In this document: piece by piece, positions 59,611-64,000 of the stretch
How positions within the stretch are numbered: the first letter of the stretch is position 1
Layout of the letters: every line of letters begins with the position of its first letter
Source of the DNA: Gemmatimonadaceae bacterium
GTDB taxonomy: Bacteria; Gemmatimonadota; Gemmatimonadetes; Gemmatimonadales; Gemmatimonadaceae
Length of the DNA: 64,000 nt
NCBI GenBank assembly: GCA_051859245.1
Contig: JBHYGA010000001.1
Span: forward strand, 1,725,722-1,789,721
Direction: 5' to 3'
Notes under the pieces: model-generated
What the model saw: only the letters and a program-made list of their open reading frames with translations
Told to the model about the DNA's origin: nothing
The model's database searches: none
Program-made: the position numbers and the translations under genes

Positions 59611-60632
59611 CAGGAGCCGTCCCGTTCAGCGCGTAGCTCACGCTGCATCAGTTCGGCGATCGCTTCAACCGGCGGCTGACCATCAAACAGAATGCGATGC
59701 GTGGCCTCGACGATTGGCATTTCCACACCGGCACGCTCGGCGAGTGCACGTGCGCTCTGCGCGTTCAGCACGCCCTCTGCAACCGTGTCTTTGCCCGCCA
59801 GTGCCTGCTCCAGCGTGAGCCCCTGCCCGATCGCGACACCAACCGCACGATTGCGACTCAGCGATCCGGTGCACGTGAGCACGAGATCGCCGAGGCCAGC
59901 AAGTCCGGCAAACGTTTCCGAGTGAGCGCCGAGCGCCACACCCAAGCGTGTCATTTCCGCCAGGCCGCGCGTGATCAATGCCGCGCGTGGATTGAATCCC
60001 ATGCCAAGCCCTTCAAGAATTCCGGTGGCCACCGCCATGACATTCTTGAGTGCTCCGCCAAGTTCCACGCCGATCACATCATCGGTGGTGTACACGCGAA
60101 ACGCAGGCGCACTGGACGCCAACTGCAATAGTGCAGCTGCTGACGGTGTGCGGCTCGCGGCAACAACCGCGGTCGGTTGCCGCTGCGCGACTTCGGCGGC
60201 GAAGCTCGGACCGCTGAACGCAACGGTGGCGTGTGTGGGCAACTCCTGCTCGACCACATCGGTCATAAGCGCAAGCGTATCGCGTTCGATACCCTTGGTT
60301 GCGACCGCAAGCACAGCCGACGCCTCCACATGCGCCGCACCGGCGCGCACCACAGCGCGCAGCACGTGCGATGGCGCCGCGTACACCACAAGAACGGCAT
60401 GATCGAGTGCATGCGCCATGTCGCCCGTGGCGACCAGATTGGGCGCCAGCGGAATACCGTCCAGAAAGTGCGTGTTGATGTGCTGCGTGTTGATAGACTC
60501 AATCACATCATCTTCGCGAGCCCACAGGCGCACGGCGTGTCCGTTTCGCGCGAGACGATCGGCAATCGCCGTGCCCCACGCACCCGCGCCGATGACCGCG
60601 CATCGCATACGCGCTGACGCAACCGGCTGCAT
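59610..60632 (-). CDS. gpsA: NAD(P)H-dependent glycerol-3-phosphate dehydrogenase
   Basis: GAGAWGTA, TKGIE, SGPSFA, GGALKNV, GLGDL.LTC..SLSRN. Confidence 0.96.
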   Translation of the reverse strand: MQPVASARMRCAVIGAGAWGTAIADRLARNGHAVRLWAREDDVIESINTQHINTHFLDGIPLAPNLVATGDMAHALDHAVLVVYAAPSHVLRAVVRAGAAHVEASAVLAVATKGIERDTLALMTDVVEQELPTHATVAFSGPSFAAEVAQRQPTAVVAASRTPSAAALLQLASSAPAFRVYTTDDVIGVELGGALKNVMAVATGILEGLGMGFNPRAALITRGLAEMTRLGVALGAHSETFAGLAGLGDLVLTCTGSLSRNRAVGVAIGQGLTLEQALAGKDTVAEGVLNAQSARALAERAGVEMPIVEATHRILFDGQPPVEAIAELMQRELRAERDGS

Positions 60633-61288
60633 CAGCGCACACCCTCAGCCGCGGAGTCTGCAGGTGCGACCGATTTGTCGCCGAGCTTGCGCTCGGTGCC
60701 GAGTCGCAGACGCGTGATGTTTTCACGATGCGTGTAGAACACGAACGCTGTAACGGCGGCGGCGACCGCAAACAGTGGTGTGGTGACACCGTTCATCACG
60801 CCAACGCTCGCTGCGAGGACAACAGCACCAACGAGTGACGCCAACGAGATGTAGCGAGAGGCCCACGCCGTGACAAAGAACCCGATCATCGCGAGCAATG
60901 CGGGAATGGGCACGAGCGCCAGAAATACACCACTGGCCGTGGCCACCCCTTTGCCACCGCCTTTGCCGCGCAGAAATACGGGACGGACGTGCCCAATGAT
61001 TGCCGCGAGTCCAAACGCCATGCCCCAATGCGGATGCGTAGTCCCGCCAAACAGCGTTGGTAGCAAACGGGGCAGCAGCGCAACCGGCAGCGCGCCCTTG
61101 AGCGTATCAACGAAGTACACCAGCAGACCCGCCTTCCAGCCGAGTGTGCGGAGCGCGTTTGTTGCACCAAGATTTCCTGATCCTACCGTGCGCAAATCAA
61201 CACCATGCGCTCGCCCCACCAGATAGGCGGTGGGGATTGATCCCATCATCCAGGCCAGCAGCAGGCCCACAACGAACGCTGCACTCAT
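60632..61288 (-). CDS. plsY: Glycerol-3-phosphate acyltransferase PlsY
   Basis: GSIP, GSGNLGATNALR, D.LKG, GH..PVF, GGGKGVAT, HRENI.RL..GTE. Confidence 0.95.
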   Translation of the reverse strand: MSAAFVVGLLLAWMMGSIPTAYLVGRAHGVDLRTVGSGNLGATNALRTLGWKAGLLVYFVDTLKGALPVALLPRLLPTLFGGTTHPHWGMAFGLAAIIGHVRPVFLRGKGGGKGVATASGVFLALVPIPALLAMIGFFVTAWASRYISLASLVGAVVLAASVGVMNGVTTPLFAVAAAVTAFVFYTHRENITRLRLGTERKLGDKSVAPADSAAEGVR

Positions 61289-61327
61289 ACCGGAGTCATC
61301 ATCGCAAGGTTCAGGGTGTCACGCAGG

Positions 61328-62644
61328 TTATTGCGCGGCGTTCTTGCGACGCAGCACAATACGCAGCGGACTGCCGGTAAACGGAAACGTCTCGCGGAAT
61401 CCGTTGTGCAAAAAGCGGATGTAGTGCTCCACCACCAGATCGGGATGATTGCCGAACACCGCGATGGTAGGCGGCGCAATTTCAACTTGCGTGGCGTAGT
61501 TGAGCTTGACTTCGAGACCAGCCTGCTGCGGCGGCTGACGACGCGCCAGCAACTCGCCAAGGCGATCGTTCACATCGCTCGTGGAAATGCGTGTCTTGCG
61601 CGCGGCATCCACCTCGAGCACGAGATCAAGGATCTTGTTCACGCGCTGTCCGGTGAGCGCTGAGGTGAACAGGAATGGCACGTGCGCGAGGAACGGCGCC
61701 TTCTCCACAATATCCTTTCGGAATTTGTCGGCGCTCTTGTCACCCTTCTCAGGATACAAGTCCCACTTGTTCACCACGAGAATCAGACCACGGCCCGCTT
61801 CCCATGCGATCGTGGCGACTTTGAGATCCTGATTGTGAATACCGTCAACAGCGTCCACGAGCAACACGCAGATGTCCGCGCGGTCAATCGCCTTGCGCGT
61901 ACGCAAGGTGGCGTAGAACTCAATGCCCTCGTCAACCTTGCTCTGCCGGCGCAAACCCGCCGTGTCCACAAAGATCAGATCACGCTCGTGGTACCGCAGC
62001 GGCGTGTCGATGGAATCGCGCGTCGTGCCCGCTTCGTCTGCCACCACCAGTCGATCTTCTTTCAAGATGCGATTGATGAACGACGACTTGCCTACATTCG
62101 GACGGCCGATCACGGCCACACGCGTGGCATCCGGCACTTCTTCCGGCGCTTCGGGAATGCGCTTGATCACTTCATCGAGCAGATCGCCCGTACTGATGCC
62201 ATTCTTGGCCGACACCGGAATCGGATCACCGGCACCGAGTTCGTAGAACTCGTACCAGTTGGCATTCTTGGCGTCGTCGACCTTGTTCACCACAAGCACC
62301 CACGGCTTGCTGGCGTCGCGCAGCAGATCGAGCACGCGCCGATCACTCGGATGCAGGCCCGCCTTCGCGTCGACCACCAGCATGAGCAGATCGGCTTCAT
62401 CAATGGCCATCAGCACTTGCTTGCGGATTTCGAGATCCATGGGCATGTGCGGATCGTCAGCGAGACCGCCGGTATCCACGATCCAGAAATGCTTGCCGGC
62501 CCAATCGGTTTGCGCAAAGTGACGGTCGCGCGTGGTGCCCGCTTCATCACTGACAATGGCGCTGGTTCCGCCGACGATGCGGTTGAAGAGCGCGGATTTA
62601 CCAACGTTCGGGCGCCCAACGAGCGCGACGACGGGAAGACTCAT
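61328..62644 (-). CDS. der: Ribosome biogenesis GTPase Der (EngA)
   Basis: Two GTPase domains (GRPNVGKS twice, DTGG/DTAG, NKVD/NKWD) plus KH-like C-terminus. Confidence 0.97.
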   Translation of the reverse strand: MSLPVVALVGRPNVGKSALFNRIVGGTSAIVSDEAGTTRDRHFAQTDWAGKHFWIVDTGGLADDPHMPMDLEIRKQVLMAIDEADLLMLVVDAKAGLHPSDRRVLDLLRDASKPWVLVVNKVDDAKNANWYEFYELGAGDPIPVSAKNGISTGDLLDEVIKRIPEAPEEVPDATRVAVIGRPNVGKSSFINRILKEDRLVVADEAGTTRDSIDTPLRYHERDLIFVDTAGLRRQSKVDEGIEFYATLRTRKAIDRADICVLLVDAVDGIHNQDLKVATIAWEAGRGLILVVNKWDLYPEKGDKSADKFRKDIVEKAPFLAHVPFLFTSALTGQRVNKILDLVLEVDAARKTRISTSDVNDRLGELLARRQPPQQAGLEVKLNYATQVEIAPPTIAVFGNHPDLVVEHYIRFLHNGFRETFPFTGSPLRIVLRRKNAAQ

Positions 62645-63936
62645 GCTGCAGGACTCCAGGCACAGCTGCCTTCCGGCACCAGCGCATCTATAAAATCGTA
62701 AGAAGGAAATACAGGCATCGACAAACTTTCACGCACAGTCACAAACGGCTCGTCATCAAGAAAGAGGCCGTCGTCGTTAATGCACTCGGCCGGAATAAGA
62801 GCGAGGTCGAGGTCATGTCGACCTTCGAGCGCGCGGCGAATGTCTGCCCCAACCAACAACCCTGCGGTCGTGGTGGTCGGGCCAAACAAGGAGTTCTCTA
62901 CCGGGATGAGCACAAACGATGCGCCGGTCTGCAGGGTGAGCTTGTCGAGCAGCTCGGGCATGAGCGGCGCCATGGAGACGCCGGTGACCACGCCAATGCG
63001 TCGACCATCGAGGCGCGGCAGCTGCGAGAGGCCGCGCTCCACACGCTGTCGAAGTGACGCGACCGCGCCCACACCGTTCTCGATCTGCTGAAACTCTCCG
63101 TAGAACTCGGGACTCGGCAGTTCGCGCCCGGCCAACAGATACAACTCGTCAGATCCGTACACCCAGCGTTCGCCGCGCTCGCGCAGCGCTTTTTCAGCCC
63201 AGCGATCAACGTGGTCCAGCAACTCGCTCGACGCCGCCGGGTCCATCGACTGGCCGGTATACAAGTGCGAGAACTGCGTGACGCCCACCGGCACGATCGC
63301 CACCGACATCATGGCGTCGCCGAGTTCGTACAGATCATGCAGCGACTCTTCGAGCACGGCGCCATCATTCAGGCCAGGCACGATGACCATCTGCCCGTGA
63401 AAGCTGATGCCGCCCTCGGCCAGACGGGTGAGCTGCTCCACAATGTTCGGGACGCGCGGGTTGTTCAGCAGGACCTTGCGCGCTTCCCAGGGTGTGGCGT
63501 GCACCGACACGTACAGCGGCGACAGCCGGTACTCGAGAATGCGCTGAATGTCTTTCTCTTTGACGTTGCTCAGCGTGGCGAAGTTGCCGTACGCGAACGA
63601 GAGTCGGTAGTCATCGTCGCGAATGTAGAGCGGCTTGCGCAGCCCCTTGGGCAGCCCTTCGATAAAGCAGAACTCGCAGCGATTGGCGCATCGACGCACC
63701 GTGGGCGGCGCGAGCACCACACCCATCACGTCGTCGGCGTCGCGCTCAATGTCGTACTCGATTTCTGTGCCGTCGGGCAAACGCGCCGAAATGACAAACG
63801 CGTCGTCGGCCGTGAGAAACTCCCAGTCGAGGAAGTCTTCCAACGGGCGACCGTTGACGGCCAGTAGTTCGGTCCCGGGCTCGATGCCAATGGCGTCGGC
63901 GATGCTTTCGGGTTGGACAGCGGTGACACGAACCAT
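62641..63936 (-). CDS. PDZ + DUF512 putative radical-SAM Fe-S oxidoreductase
   Basis: N-terminal PDZ-like SIADAIGIEPG; CANRCEFCFI; DDDYRLSF; SPLYVSVHAT; PGLNDG; QIENGVG. Confidence 0.88.
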   Translation of the reverse strand: MVRVTAVQPESIADAIGIEPGTELLAVNGRPLEDFLDWEFLTADDAFVISARLPDGTEIEYDIERDADDVMGVVLAPPTVRRCANRCEFCFIEGLPKGLRKPLYIRDDDYRLSFAYGNFATLSNVKEKDIQRILEYRLSPLYVSVHATPWEARKVLLNNPRVPNIVEQLTRLAEGGISFHGQMVIVPGLNDGAVLEESLHDLYELGDAMMSVAIVPVGVTQFSHLYTGQSMDPAASSELLDHVDRWAEKALRERGERWVYGSDELYLLAGRELPSPEFYGEFQQIENGVGAVASLRQRVERGLSQLPRLDGRRIGVVTGVSMAPLMPELLDKLTLQTGASFVLIPVENSLFGPTTTTAGLLVGADIRRALEGRHDLDLALIPAECINDDGLFLDDEPFVTVRESLSMPVFPSYDFIDALVPEGSCAWSPAA

Positions 63937-64000
63937 TCGAACAAGACGCCGCGCAGACGATGACAGAACAGAACGGGGGCCGAGACCGCATCGCGGTCCG

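Overview
High-GC, densely packed core-genome segment. Gene order and protein features suggest a Gemmatimonadota-like diderm bacterium; this is inference, not a database result. Positions 1-53003 are almost all + strand: nuo(B)CDEFGHIJKLMN, phosphomannomutase, UPF0182, sucCD, an EIIA-like/CBS protein, ndk, yceD-rpmF-plsX-fabHDG-acpP-fabF, futalosine-pathway mqnE-mqnA-mqnC, ispF, dedA, a dipeptidase, xerD, a trpG/pabA-like gene, terC (- strand), kdsB-pyrG-kdsA-kdsC-kdsD-lptC-lptA-like-lptB-rpoN, a five-gene glycosylation block (GT2, GT4, flippase-like, YfhO-type GT-C, polyprenol-P-mannose-synthase-like GT2) and dapF. Everything from 53547 on is - strand: TPR protein, dicarboxylate/amino acid symporter, tRNA-Arg(CCT), apt, acylphosphatase, an acidic disordered protein, pcm, surE, a MerR-type HTH, gpsA, plsY, der and a DUF512 radical-SAM-like protein. 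A 28-bp dif-like site at 53247-53274 lies where the two blocks converge, so this is probably the replication terminus. The best novelty candidate is a general protein O-glycosylation system. The exported LptA-like and LptC proteins are strongly enriched in the D-(S/T)-hydrophobic sequon, and a complete polyprenol-sugar/flippase/GT-C module sits in the same gene run. Other oddities are an LptB with a ~170-aa unknown N-terminal domain, DnaA-box-like motifs abutting dif, an EIIA-CBS fusion and a disordered protein with a PopZ-like layout. No CRISPR array, prophage or IS was seen. All counts were made by hand.
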